In this document: piece after piece, positions 51,331-61,410 of the stretch
How positions within the stretch are numbered: the first letter of the stretch is position 1
Layout of the letters: the number at the start of each line of letters is the position of its first letter
From: an uncultured cyanobacterium
GTDB lineage: Bacteria; Cyanobacteriota; Cyanobacteriia; Cyanobacteriales; Cyanobacteriaceae
Assembly: GCA_963749915.1 (NCBI GenBank)
Contig: CAVVOP010000032.1
Coordinates: 32,001 to 96,000 of the forward strand
Direction: 5' to 3'
Length of the DNA: 64,000 bases
Position numbers and translations under genes: made by a program
The notes under the pieces: model-generated
Database searches by the model: none
What the model saw: only the letters and a program-made list of their open reading frames with translations
What the model was told of the DNA's origin: nothing

Positions 51331-51888
51331 TTATTCTCTACCTAAATAACTACCATTTCTGGTATCAACTTTAATTTTTTCGCCGATAGAGACGAATAAA
51401 GGCACCATGATTTGAGCCCCTGTTTCCAAAATGGCTGGTTTTGTGCCTCCAGTGGCAGTATCACCTTTAACACCGGGATCTGTTTCTATTATTTCTAATG
51501 TTACAGAAGTAGGAAGTTCAATATCTAATACTGTTGTATTCCAAAATAAAATATTAACTTCCATTTCCTCTTTTAAGTATTTAGAGCGATCCCCAACCTG
51601 ATCTTCACTTAAACGCACTTCCTCAAAGGTTCCCATATCCATAAAGACAAATTGATCCCCATCTTTATAGGTATGTTGCATGGTAATTTTTTCAAGGTTC
51701 GCTTGAGGTACAGTTTCCCCCGCACGGAAAGTTTTTTCCATAACGTTACCACTTTGGGCATTTTTTAATTTTGTGCGTACAAAAGCTGATCCCTTACCTG
51801 GTTTTACGTGCAAAAATTCTACTACTCGCCAAACACTACCATCTAATTCAATACTGACACCGGGGCGAAAATCATTACTGGAAATCAT
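51331..51888 (-). CDS. efp: Elongation factor P
   Basis: [10 protein letters not shown] and [15 protein letters not shown]. Confidence 0.98.
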   Translation of the reverse strand: MISSNDFRPGVSIELDGSVWRVVEFLHVKPGKGSAFVRTKLKNAQSGNVMEKTFRAGETVPQANLEKITMQHTYKDGDQFVFMDMGTFEEVRLSEDQVGDRSKYLKEEMEVNILFWNTTVLDIELPTSVTLEIIETDPGVKGDTATGGTKPAILETGAQIMVPLFVSIGEKIKVDTRNGSYLGRE

Positions 51889-51975
51889 ATAAGTTGATAC
51901 TCTTAAATCTTTTTTACTAATTCAAATACGAACTGCAATAAAATACCAAACCTATATTCTCTTAAAATGGCACTA

Positions 51976-52022
51976 ATGGCAAGTGGCAATGGACAATAGG
52001 CGATGAACAATGGACAATAGAT
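51976..52022 (+). repeat. Degenerate STRR heptamers (AATGGAC-like)
   Basis: aatggca agtggca atggaca ataggcg atgaaca atggaca atagata. Confidence 0.6.
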
Positions 52023-52049
52023 AATTAATCACTCATAATTGGTAGATTT

Positions 52050-52937
52050 ATGAAAATTCGTCGTCAACAACCCTCTACTCCTATAGCTATCGAGAGTCTG
52101 CGTTATCAGGTAACATTACCCAATAGTGAGCCCCAAAATATTTTAGAAAAAATTGTCTGGCATAAGGAAAAAGAGGTAGAAAAAATGCGGCATCGTCTTT
52201 CTCTTTTAGATTTGCGTAAAAAAGTAGCAGAATTATCTTCTCCTCCCCTTGATTTCCTGTCTGCTTTAACTAAAAGTGAAAAACAACCAGCTTTAATAGC
52301 TGAGATTAAAAAAGCGTCTCCTAGTAAAGGGGTTATTAAAGAATATTTTGATCCCGTTGCCATTGCTAAATCTTACGAAAAAGGAGGTGCCGCTTGTTTA
52401 TCAGTATTAACAGATGAAGAGTTTTTTCAAGGTAGTTTTGAAAATTTAGCCCAAGTTAGATCTGCCGTAAAAATACCTTTATTATGTAAAGAATTTATTA
52501 TTTATCCCTATCAAATTTATTTAGCAAGATTCAATGGTGCTGATGCGGTTCTATTAATTGCGACAGTGTTAAAAGATACTGATTTACGATATTTTTTAAA
52601 AATTATCCATAGTTTAGGAATGACAGCTTTAATCGAAGTCCATACCTTAGAAGAATTGGATAGAGTTTTAACTATTGACGAGGTAAAATTAATCGGTATT
52701 AATAACCGAAACTTAGAGAATTTTATCGTTAGTTTAGAAACTACTAAAGAGATTTTATCGGCTAGAAAAGATGCCTTATTAAACAGGAATATTGCTATAG
52801 TTAGTGAGTCAGGGTTATATACTAATAATGATTTACATTTTGTTGCCAATGCTGGTGCAAATGCAGTTTTAATTGGAGAATCTTTAATCAAACAAGATGA
52901 CTTAGAATTAGCCATTAATAGTCTTTATAGTGACTAA
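52050..52937 (+). CDS. trpC: Indole-3-glycerol phosphate synthase
   Basis: [25 protein letters not shown] and VSESG. Confidence 0.97.
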   Translation: MKIRRQQPSTPIAIESLRYQVTLPNSEPQNILEKIVWHKEKEVEKMRHRLSLLDLRKKVAELSSPPLDFLSALTKSEKQPALIAEIKKASPSKGVIKEYFDPVAIAKSYEKGGAACLSVLTDEEFFQGSFENLAQVRSAVKIPLLCKEFIIYPYQIYLARFNGADAVLLIATVLKDTDLRYFLKIIHSLGMTALIEVHTLEELDRVLTIDEVKLIGINNRNLENFIVSLETTKEILSARKDALLNRNIAIVSESGLYTNNDLHFVANAGANAVLIGESLIKQDDLELAINSLYSD

Positions 52938-52954
52938 ATAAATCTAATCTAAAT

Positions 52955-53701
52955 ATGATATGGGCAAGATGCCCATCATATTTTATCAATAAAAAATGTC
53001 ATAAATTTATGATTATTGATTATGAAGTTAGTGTTATTATTCCTGTTATTAATGAAGAAAAAAAACTCATAAAAATATTACCCAATCTACAAATAAAGCC
53101 AAAAGTGGAAATAATTTTTGTGGATGGAGGCAGTAACGATAATACTGTTAATATAATTAAAAAAGCTGGTTTTAAAGTAATTTTATCGCCTATTTTACGC
53201 CGTAGTTATCAGATGAATTTAGGGGCAGAACAAGCCCGAGGTAAAATATTATTATTTCTTCATGGGGATACAATTTTACCTGATAATTACCATAAAATTA
53301 TTCTTAATACTATAAAAAATAGTAATTTTATTGCAGGTGCTTTTCAATTAAAAATTGACAGTCAAAGGCCTATTTTCCGAGTCATTGAAATTTTGGTAAA
53401 TTGGCGATCGCAATATTTATCATTACCTTATGGAGATCAAGCAATATTCATCAAAAAAAAAGTTTTTGAGAGTATAAAAGGCTACCAAGATTTAGCCATA
53501 ATGGAAGATTTTGAGTTAATTAAAAGGGTAAACAAAATCGGTAAAATTTACATTGCGAATGCCCCAGTCATAACATCTGCTAGACGATGGGAAAAAGTCG
53601 GAATTTTTAAAACCACGTTAATTAATCAATTAATCATTATGGGTTATTATCTAAAAATAAAGCCCGAAAAATTAGCCTTTTTTTATCGTAAAATTAAGTA
53701 A
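52955..53701 (+). CDS. GT2 glycosyltransferase (TIGR04283-like)
   Basis: VSVIIP, VDGGSND, LFLHGD, PYGDQA, MEDF and TSARRW. The likely start is ATG 53009. Confidence 0.9.
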   Translation: MIWARCPSYFINKKCHKFMIIDYEVSVIIPVINEEKKLIKILPNLQIKPKVEIIFVDGGSNDNTVNIIKKAGFKVILSPILRRSYQMNLGAEQARGKILLFLHGDTILPDNYHKIILNTIKNSNFIAGAFQLKIDSQRPIFRVIEILVNWRSQYLSLPYGDQAIFIKKKVFESIKGYQDLAIMEDFELIKRVNKIGKIYIANAPVITSARRWEKVGIFKTTLINQLIIMGYYLKIKPEKLAFFYRKIK

Positions 53702-53739
53702 TCAACTTTCGACAATTATATTTTCCAAAACCCTCCTAG

Positions 53740-53844
53740 TGGTCTAGCAATTTTGAAATGAGGGATAGCAGGATTCTCCAAAATCTAAAATCCAAAATCC
53801 AAAATTATCCGTTCCCAGTCCCTCAAAACTATCTTGACAGACCA
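53740..53844 (+). mobile_element. MITE family X copy 1 (TGGTCT...AGACCA), 4-bp TSD CTAG
   Basis: Imperfect TIRs of about 25 bp, internal (TCCAAAA)4, and CTAG at 53736-53739 and 53845-53848. Confidence 0.9.
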
Positions 53845-53862
53845 CTAGTATTGATAGGCAGC

Positions 53863-55383
53863 CTAATTAACTGGCTTCCTTTCCCATGATTTGATGGGGT
53901 GAATCTGGTTTTCACCACCGGCATCACAAAAACCACTGGGGAGATTAGAACAATCGACAGTACCAGCACTACCAATTATATCGGAGCCCCCCGTAGCACT
54001 GTAAGATCTAGCCCAAACTGCTCCTCTTATGGCACTTGCCCCAGTCATGGAAACTTGTGCTAGAGGGGCAAAGATAAACGCATTTGTACCTGAACCTCCA
54101 GTTAACCGCAAATCGTCGCTAACATATTGATAAATTTGGATTTGATCAGGAGTGCCGGGATTGCTTAGAGGACCGCCAATGCCCGAGCCCCCGTTAAGTG
54201 TTATTGCCCCGTGGGCGTAGATGATTAGTGTTGTCCCCGGCGTAACGACAATGCCAGCACCAGAGTGGGTAACTTTTAATTCGCCGTTCAAATATAATTT
54301 GACAGTCTGGCCGGGAGCATCGATGGTGAGGATATCTCCACCGCCAGTAAAATTAATGCCTGTCGAACCAGTGAGGTGATAAGTATTGTAAATGTTACTG
54401 ACAGTGCCACCGATTTCTGGGTGGTTGCAGGGGGCAGGAAGGGTGACGGCATTTCCGATTGCGTTTGAGGTGGTGCAGACTCCGGTTCCCGGGACGTTGG
54501 TGAGTAGCCCCTCCATCGGCAGGGTAGGAAATTTTTCGCTGCTGATGTCATAGGTAAAAGGGGGGGTTGGGATAACGCCGTTTACCTTTTGCTGTAATTT
54601 CAGAGCATCTATTTTACTAGTACTGCTGGTACAGGCAGCAGTGCCGGAACCGGGAGGATTATCAGCAGATACGGATGTAGAATCCTTAACATTTGTCTGG
54701 ATTTCACTATCCGAATGGCTGGTGCTCGAATCATTATTGCAAGTTATCCACAGTCCCTCTCCATTGAGATCACCACTGCCAGCACCAGGGGTTACGTCGA
54801 AGGAAACTTCCACACGAGTCGTTGATATTGCGGCACTAGCCGCGGTTTGATTAACTCGTCCTTCCACAATTAAAGTTCCTGTGCCCGCCGCCGTGGGATC
54901 TGGTGCAGTGGCGGGGTTACCGTCGTCATCAAAGCTGTAACTAATCAGTCTAAATTGTCCTTTACTGGGATCGCTAGGATCTGCATCTTGCCAACTTGTC
55001 TGTGCCGCATTCGTGATCTGTGTAGAATTAGTTACGTCTGGAATACTGCCTGCATTGGACCAACTGGCCGTAGAGGCGGTGTCGGGGCAAACCCCACTGG
55101 AATTGCGAGTGCCTTCACAATCGGGATAGACAGCAAGCTTGGGGTGGCTAACAAGAAAGGATTGATAACGGCTAATACCTGATTCCCCCAGGGCTTGAGC
55201 TTGTTTAGCATCTTCATCTATAGCGACTTGTAGCTTCCGTGATGCTGCACTCGTGAGTGAAGATAGCAATATTGTAAAAAACATCAAACCCAAACCAAGG
55301 GACATAAAAAATCCGAATCCATTCTCTTTGCCCTGATTAGGGAAGAGTATGAACCGAAATAAACTAATATTTTTATATCTCAT
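53863..55383 (-). CDS. PilX/GspK-like minor pilin with large Gly/Thr-rich C-terminal domain
   Basis: Prepilin-like ENG|FGFF plus hydrophobic stretch, AQALGESGI, GTLIVEGRV, FIFAP...GAVWA and C-terminal SWER. Confidence 0.75.
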   Translation of the reverse strand: MRYKNISLFRFILFPNQGKENGFGFFMSLGLGLMFFTILLSSLTSAASRKLQVAIDEDAKQAQALGESGISRYQSFLVSHPKLAVYPDCEGTRNSSGVCPDTASTASWSNAGSIPDVTNSTQITNAAQTSWQDADPSDPSKGQFRLISYSFDDDGNPATAPDPTAAGTGTLIVEGRVNQTAASAAISTTRVEVSFDVTPGAGSGDLNGEGLWITCNNDSSTSHSDSEIQTNVKDSTSVSADNPPGSGTAACTSSTSKIDALKLQQKVNGVIPTPPFTYDISSEKFPTLPMEGLLTNVPGTGVCTTSNAIGNAVTLPAPCNHPEIGGTVSNIYNTYHLTGSTGINFTGGGDILTIDAPGQTVKLYLNGELKVTHSGAGIVVTPGTTLIIYAHGAITLNGGSGIGGPLSNPGTPDQIQIYQYVSDDLRLTGGSGTNAFIFAPLAQVSMTGASAIRGAVWARSYSATGGSDIIGSAGTVDCSNLPSGFCDAGGENQIHPIKSWERKPVN

Positions 55384-55570
55384 TTTTTTTGCACCTTCAT
55401 ATTTAAATCAAAAATATTCGATATAAATTAGCTACTAACACTTCCCTAGGCTGAGTTTGATTTGGGTTAAATAACCAATGTCTTTTTAGGAAGAAATACA
55501 CTTCAGTTGAGAGTTACATGCTTTAACTAATCAATCATTTCATACATCTATTTAACCCCCTTTTTTACCT

Positions 55571-55663
55571 TTAAAAAACCGTATAAATACCGTTTTTTAA
55601 GACAAATAATTATAAATTTATGATGAAGTTATATTTTTTATTCGTATAAATACTGTTTTTTAA
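55571..55663. promoter_or_regulatory. Paired palindromic operator-like sites CGTATAAATAC(C/T)GTTTTTTAA
   Basis: A 21-bp direct repeat with 1 mismatch at 55580-55600 and 55643-55663. The first copy is part of a near-perfect 30-bp palindrome between divergent genes. Confidence 0.5.
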
Positions 55664-55864
55664 AATTCTCTCCTTTATCTAATAGTTTATTTAACATAAC
55701 TGTATTAATTAAGAAGTATAAATTTAACAAATCTTTGCAAATTAAATCAAAAATAGTTGGGTATAGTTTGATAATATAAACACTTAAGTGCAATTTCAAT
55801 GGTACTTAAACAAAAATAACTAATAACTAATAACTAGTTACTTTAATTAGGAGATACTTAAAGA

Positions 55865-58800
55865 ATGGCTATTTTGAACTTTGGAGCAGAAGGAGCACGT
55901 GAGGAACGTGGTGCGGAAAGCTTTCAATTTCCTCAACCTTTACCTTCCCTCATCAACGATCTAGATGGGCTGACAGTAGTTATAACTGCAACCTATGACG
56001 ACCCTACAACCCCTGAAGAAGATGCTGTAACTGCTTTTCCTTACCTAGATGGATTATTTGTTGGTCGGCCGGGAGGGCTTGGTGTCGCTAGAGCTCTTAC
56101 CAACCAGAATCAAGCTAACCCTGGAGGTGACGATAACCTTACCGAAGGAGAAACGGTCAAACTCGCGTTCAGCGAGGAAGTAACATTTAGTGAATTATTA
56201 TTCAGAGATGAATTTCACCGTTCCTACATTGGACAAACGGCATTATTTCTAGACTATGCGTTAGTTGAGGTTGATGAAGAGAGGACATACTTTATACAAC
56301 TTATTGATCCTACTGCTGCCTGGGAGGATGCTAATAGCAATGGCATCTTCGATCCAGGTCTCGACACTCGAATTCCGCTTCTCCCTGAGGATGGCACACC
56401 TCCACCACTGACAGGTACCACGTTCGAGTTTTCCTATGGCGATGTGGAAGATGACGATGACCAGTATTATATAGACACCGCTACAATCTTCCGACTAGCT
56501 AAACTAGGGGATTTTGTCTGGAACGACCTCAACGCCAACGGCCTGCAAGAAGCGGATGAACCTGGCATTAATGGCGTCACGGTCAAACTGCTCAGCGCCA
56601 CCGGTGCAGTCCTCCAGACCACCACAACTGGTGCCGGCACCGATGACCCCGACACCCCGGGTGACGAAAGCAATGGCTATTACGAGTTCGCCGGCCTGAC
56701 TCCCGGTGTGGACTACAAGGTGATGTTCACCCAGCCCACCGGCTTCAATTCGGTCAGCCCCTTCCAGGCGGGGAATAATCCCGCCATCGATTCCGATGCC
56801 AATCCAGGTAATGGCCTGATGTCGGATGTAGTGGTGCTCGAATCAGGGAAATTCAACCGCACCATCGATGCGGGCTTCTACAACACTGCCAAACTAGGGG
56901 ATTTCGTCTGGGAAGACCTCAACGCCAACGGCATCCAAGAAGCGGGTGAACCCGGCATCAACGACGTCACGGTCAAACTGCTCGACGCCACTGGTGCAAC
57001 CCTCCAGACCACCACCACAGGCACCGGAACGGACGACCCCGACACCCCTGGTGACGAAAGCAATGGCTATTACGAATTCAGCGGTTTGACCCCTGGTGTG
57101 GGCTACACCGTGATGTTCGTCAATCCAGACGACGATGCCTACATGTTCAGCAAGCCCTTCGCTCCCGATGGTATGACACCGGCTGAGAACCCAACGACTG
57201 ACAGCAACGTCATCGATCCGATCAATGGTACCACCACTCCGGTGTCCCTCACTTCGGGCGATTTCGACCGCACCATCGATGCCGGTCTGTTCCGCAAGGG
57301 CTCGATCGGGGATTTCGTCTGGAACGACCTCAACGCCAACGGCATCCAGGAAGCGGATGAACCCGGCATAGCTAATGCGGAAGTAAAATTACAAGATTCA
57401 GCTGGAAACGTCTTAGATACTACTAGTACCGATGGGAATGGATTCTATTCCTTCACCAGCTTAATTCCTGGAGACTACAAAGTCATGTTTGTCCAGCCGG
57501 ATGGTTTTGATAGCGTTAGTCCCTTCCAGGCGGGGAATAATCCTGCAGTCGATTCTGATGCCGATCCAGGTAATGGCCTGATGTCGGATGTGTTCACCTT
57601 AGTTTCAGGAGAAGATAATCCTACTATTGATGCGGGCTTCTACAACACTGCCACACTAGGGGATTTCGTCTGGAACGACCTCAACGCCAACGGCATCCAA
57701 GAAGCGGATGAACCCGGCATAGCTAATACGGAAGTAAAATTACAAGATGCAGCTGGAAACGTCTTAGATACTACTAGTACCGATGGGAATGGATTCTATT
57801 CCTTCACCAGCTTAATTCCTGGGGACTACAAAGTCATGTTTGTCCAGCCGGATGGTTTTGATAGCGTTAGTCCCTTCCAGGCGGGGAATAATCCTGCCAT
57901 CGATTCCGATGCCAATCCAGGTAATGGCCTGATGTCCGATGTGTTCACCTTAGTTTCAGGAGAAGATAATCCTACTATTGATGCGGGCTTCTACAACACT
58001 GCCACACTAGGGGATTTCGTCTGGAACGACCTCAACGCCAACGGCATCCAAGAAGCGGATGAACCCGGCATAGCTAATACGGAAGTAAAATTACAAGATT
58101 CAGCTGGAAACGTCTTAGATACTACTAGTACCGATGGGAATGGATTCTATTCCTTCACCAGCTTAATTCCTGGGGACTACAAAGTCATGTTTGTCCAGCC
58201 GGATGGTTTTGATAGCGTTAGTCCCTTCCAGGCGGGGAATAATCCTGCCATCGATTCCGATGCCAATCCAGGTAATGGCCTGATGTCCGATGTGTTCACC
58301 TTAGTTTCAGGAGAAGATAATCCTACTATTGATGCGGGCTTCTACAACACTGCCACACTAGGGGATTTCGTCTGGAACGACCTCAACGCCAACGGCATCC
58401 AAGAAGCGGATGAACCCGGCATAGCTAATACGGAAGTAAAATTACAAGATGCAGCTGGAAACGTCTTAGATACTACTAGTACCGATGGGAATGGATTCTA
58501 TTCCTTCACCAGCTTAATTCCTGGGGACTACAAAGTCATGTTTGTCCAGCCGGATGGTTTTGATAGCGTTAGTCCCTTCCAGGCGGGGAATAATCCTGCC
58601 ATCGATTCCGATGCCAATCCAGGTAATGGCCTGATGTCCGATGTGTTCACCTTAGTTTCAGGAGAAGATAATCCTACTATTGATGCGGGCTTCTACAACA
58701 CTGCCACACTAGGGGATTTCGTCTGGAACGACCTCAACGCCAACGGCATCCAAGAAGCGGATGAACCCGGCATAGCTAATGCGGAAGTAAAATTACAAGA

Positions 58801-60415
58801 TGCAGCTGGAAACGTCTTAGATACTACTAGTACCGATGGGAATGGATTCTATTCCTTCACCAGCTTAATTCCTGGGGACTACAAAGTCATGTTTGTCCAG
58901 CCGGATGGTTTTGATAGCGTTAGTCCCTTCCAGGCGGGGAATAATCCTGCCATTGATTCCGATGCCAATCCAGATAATGGCCTGATGTCGGATGTAGTGG
59001 TGCTCAAATCGGGGGAATTCAACCGCACCATCGATGCGGGCTTCTTCACTGAGCCTCTTCTTCCTGATTTAGTCATTAAGAAAGAAGATGATGTAGATTG
59101 TGACATCAAGGATTTTTGTCCCACTGACTGTGATGGTGACGATCATCCTGGTGGTGGCACTGGCGGATCTAAAGGTACTAGTGGCACTGGCGGATCTAAA
59201 GGTACTAGTGGTACTGGCGGATCTAAAGGTACTAAAGGTACTAGCGGTTCTGGGGATAAAGGCACCAGCGGTAATAAAGGCACTCTTGGCACTAGTGGTT
59301 CTGGTGACAAAAGTACTGGTGGTTCCAAAGGTTCTGGTGGCCCCATTGATGGAGACTGTGGTTGTGATGATGCTCCCACTATCGGCGAAAAGATTAAATA
59401 CACTATTACTGTCAGCAATGATGGTGAAGGAATTGCTAAAGAGTTTAAGGTTCAAGACCATCTTCCTCAAGGGCTAAAATACGTAGATGGATCAATCTCT
59501 GATGACTTAATTGTAGCTCCAGCTAATGCTCCTACTGATCCAGAAGGCAATGATATCATCATCTCTGGCTTTAAGCCTCTCGCGTCCGGAGACAGCGTAT
59601 CCTTTATGTTCGAGGCTAAGATTACCGAAGATATTGGTGGCCATGACGGCGATGATGACTTATTATTCTGTCCTGGTGGTTCTAAAGGTACTGGTGGTTC
59701 TAAAGGTACTGGTGGTTCTAAAGGTACTGGTGGTTCTAAAGGTACTGGTGGTTCTAAAGGTACTGGCGGTTCTAAAGGTACTGGTGGTTCTAAAGGTACT
59801 GGCGGTGATAAAGGCACTAGCGGTACTGGCGGTTCCGGTGGTGACGATGATTCTCATGGTGACGATGTCTTCAAGAAAATCACCAATAAAGTGCGCGTTA
59901 CTTTAACTGATGGAGACGAATCTGACGTCAGTAATAACGAGGCTGAAGAACATACCCCCGTTAAAGTTGGCGGCCCTAAACTTAAGGGAGATGTCTGCGA
60001 TATCCTCGGTAAGCCACGGGAGCTAACTTTTGAGTACAACCCCGGTACTGATGTGCTAACGGGACAGAAAGAAGGAAAAGCCTTCGCAAACGGCACACCA
60101 GACGATGATGGTGAGTCCTATATCGTTGTGTCTAAGGAGGACAAACTGAAAGATGTCTTGAAATTAGAAGACAAAGATACGTTCTTTGAAGGTACCGTGT
60201 TTGAAGGCGACGACTTCACCGCGATCGCTGAAAAATTTGGTTCTGAAACCAACTTCTTTATCTTCGATGACGAGGCTGCCTTTAAAAGTGGTAGTGACCC
60301 ATTACAAACCCTTGGCTATCATACTTCTTGCTCGCAGCCCATTCAGCTAGGCGATATAATCGGCAGCGTAGAGTTGGTCGGTTATGTAGGTGAAGATGGC
60401 TCAGCTTTCGTGTAA
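55865..60415 (+). CDS. Large repetitive surface protein/adhesin: 7 SdrD B-like domains, DUF11-like domain, GGSKGT tracts, C-terminal HTSCS domain
   Basis: Seven GDFVW.DLNANG.Q...EPGI...IDAGF units, YTITVSNDG...VQDHLPQGLKYV and an AGGAG RBS. Confidence 0.92.
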   Translation: MAILNFGAEGAREERGAESFQFPQPLPSLINDLDGLTVVITATYDDPTTPEEDAVTAFPYLDGLFVGRPGGLGVARALTNQNQANPGGDDNLTEGETVKLAFSEEVTFSELLFRDEFHRSYIGQTALFLDYALVEVDEERTYFIQLIDPTAAWEDANSNGIFDPGLDTRIPLLPEDGTPPPLTGTTFEFSYGDVEDDDDQYYIDTATIFRLAKLGDFVWNDLNANGLQEADEPGINGVTVKLLSATGAVLQTTTTGAGTDDPDTPGDESNGYYEFAGLTPGVDYKVMFTQPTGFNSVSPFQAGNNPAIDSDANPGNGLMSDVVVLESGKFNRTIDAGFYNTAKLGDFVWEDLNANGIQEAGEPGINDVTVKLLDATGATLQTTTTGTGTDDPDTPGDESNGYYEFSGLTPGVGYTVMFVNPDDDAYMFSKPFAPDGMTPAENPTTDSNVIDPINGTTTPVSLTSGDFDRTIDAGLFRKGSIGDFVWNDLNANGIQEADEPGIANAEVKLQDSAGNVLDTTSTDGNGFYSFTSLIPGDYKVMFVQPDGFDSVSPFQAGNNPAVDSDADPGNGLMSDVFTLVSGEDNPTIDAGFYNTATLGDFVWNDLNANGIQEADEPGIANTEVKLQDAAGNVLDTTSTDGNGFYSFTSLIPGDYKVMFVQPDGFDSVSPFQAGNNPAIDSDANPGNGLMSDVFTLVSGEDNPTIDAGFYNTATLGDFVWNDLNANGIQEADEPGIANTEVKLQDSAGNVLDTTSTDGNGFYSFTSLIPGDYKVMFVQPDGFDSVSPFQAGNNPAIDSDANPGNGLMSDVFTLVSGEDNPTIDAGFYNTATLGDFVWNDLNANGIQEADEPGIANTEVKLQDAAGNVLDTTSTDGNGFYSFTSLIPGDYKVMFVQPDGFDSVSPFQAGNNPAIDSDANPGNGLMSDVFTLVSGEDNPTIDAGFYNTATLGDFVWNDLNANGIQEADEPGIANAEVKLQDAAGNVLDTTSTDGNGFYSFTSLIPGDYKVMFVQPDGFDSVSPFQAGNNPAIDSDANPDNGLMSDVVVLKSGEFNRTIDAGFFTEPLLPDLVIKKEDDVDCDIKDFCPTDCDGDDHPGGGTGGSKGTSGTGGSKGTSGTGGSKGTKGTSGSGDKGTSGNKGTLGTSGSGDKSTGGSKGSGGPIDGDCGCDDAPTIGEKIKYTITVSNDGEGIAKEFKVQDHLPQGLKYVDGSISDDLIVAPANAPTDPEGNDIIISGFKPLASGDSVSFMFEAKITEDIGGHDGDDDLLFCPGGSKGTGGSKGTGGSKGTGGSKGTGGSKGTGGSKGTGGSKGTGGDKGTSGTGGSGGDDDSHGDDVFKKITNKVRVTLTDGDESDVSNNEAEEHTPVKVGGPKLKGDVCDILGKPRELTFEYNPGTDVLTGQKEGKAFANGTPDDDGESYIVVSKEDKLKDVLKLEDKDTFFEGTVFEGDDFTAIAEKFGSETNFFIFDDEAAFKSGSDPLQTLGYHTSCSQPIQLGDIIGSVELVGYVGEDGSAFV
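57300..59048 (+). repeat. Five near-identical 351-bp intragenic tandem repeats (117 aa)
   Basis: ggggatttcgtctgg recurs at about 57308, 57659, 58010, 58361 and 58712. Confidence 0.95.
59675..59835 (+). repeat. 18-bp tandem repeat GGTGGTTCTAAAGGTACT encoding (GGSKGT)n; related tract at about 59150-59340
   Basis: Read directly. Confidence 0.95.
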
Positions 60416-60458
60416 GAATTCAGTTCCCTCTAAATCTCTGAAGCTGGTACTGTCCTAG

Positions 60459-60556
60459 TGGTCTGCCAATTTTGAAATGAGGGATAAAACAATCCTCCAA
60501 AATCCAAAATCCAAAATTATCCGTTCCCAGTCCCTCAAAACTATCTTGACAGACCA
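60459..60556 (+). mobile_element. MITE family X copy 2, TSD CTAG
   Basis: Aligns with copy 1 but is one heptamer shorter; CTAG at 60455-60458 and 60557-60560. Confidence 0.9.
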
Positions 60557-60568
60557 CTAGACTGATAT

Positions 60569-60604
60569 AACCCCTGTTAGACATAACGTTTAGCGGGGGT
60601 TTTT
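60569..60604 (+). terminator. Intrinsic terminator after the adhesin gene
   Basis: CCCCTGTTAGAC-ATAAC-GTTTAGCGGGG stem-loop followed by TTTTT. Confidence 0.65.
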
Positions 60605-60762
60605 GATTACTAGAAAAAACGAAATTGTAATTGAAAATCCACTATTGTAATTAATATTAATACAAATTAATTCAAATCTCTTGGCAAAGCTTCGAGATCG
60701 AAGTACAATTAAGGTCGAATAAGAAGTTGAATGCCCCTATAAGTAGAAAAAAAGAAGAATAG

Positions 60763-61302
60763 ATGAACGAAAAAATTGTTTATTTAATGCGAGGATTGCC
60801 CTGTTGTGGCAAAAGCTATACATCTCTTAGGTTAGCGGGAGTAAATGGGGTAGTCTGTGAAGCTGATGAATATTTTTACTTTCAAGTAGGAGATGACCCC
60901 TTTGAATATGATTGGGATGATGATTTAAGTGATGAAGCAGATCAATGGAGCTTTGAAAAGTTTATGGATGCTATTGATGACGAGAAGTCCCCTATTGTGG
61001 TTGATTGGGGGCACGCTTTATCTAGGACGACTCAAATCTATGCCCAATATGCCGTAGAACATGGATATAAAGTTGAATTAAAAGAGCCAGATTCTTGGTG
61101 GTGGCAAGAAATTAGCGTTTTGCTCAAATATAAAGAACATACTTGGCCGGTTTTAGAGGATTGGGCCTACAAACTGGTAAAAAAGAGTCGCTCTACAGGT
61201 CATCGTGTCCCATTATCTGTATTTCTTGAACGGATGAAATATTGGAAGTGGGATCTTACAGTGGAGGAGATACTTAATTATAAAAATTGGAAAAAGCGTT
61301 AG
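60763..61302 (+). CDS. AAA_33/NEDD4-BP2-like P-loop kinase, paralog 1
   Basis: YLMRGLPCCGKS Walker A, EADEYF, PIVVD and HRVP. Confidence 0.8.
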   Translation: MNEKIVYLMRGLPCCGKSYTSLRLAGVNGVVCEADEYFYFQVGDDPFEYDWDDDLSDEADQWSFEKFMDAIDDEKSPIVVDWGHALSRTTQIYAQYAVEHGYKVELKEPDSWWWQEISVLLKYKEHTWPVLEDWAYKLVKKSRSTGHRVPLSVFLERMKYWKWDLTVEEILNYKNWKKR

Positions 61303-61410
61303 AATACTCTGGTAATCTGAAAGAAAATAGCTGAATAGCAATGGATTTCGCTGAAAATGTCCTAGTTCATCAGTTAAAGATTATTAATCGTTACTATTCC
61401 TAAATTAATT

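Noticed and set aside
59069..60096. Antisense and alternate-frame ORFs with PPVPLE, VVLKVL or TSTFRT repeats
   Set aside because: They are shadows of the 18-bp GGSKGT repeat in the adhesin gene.
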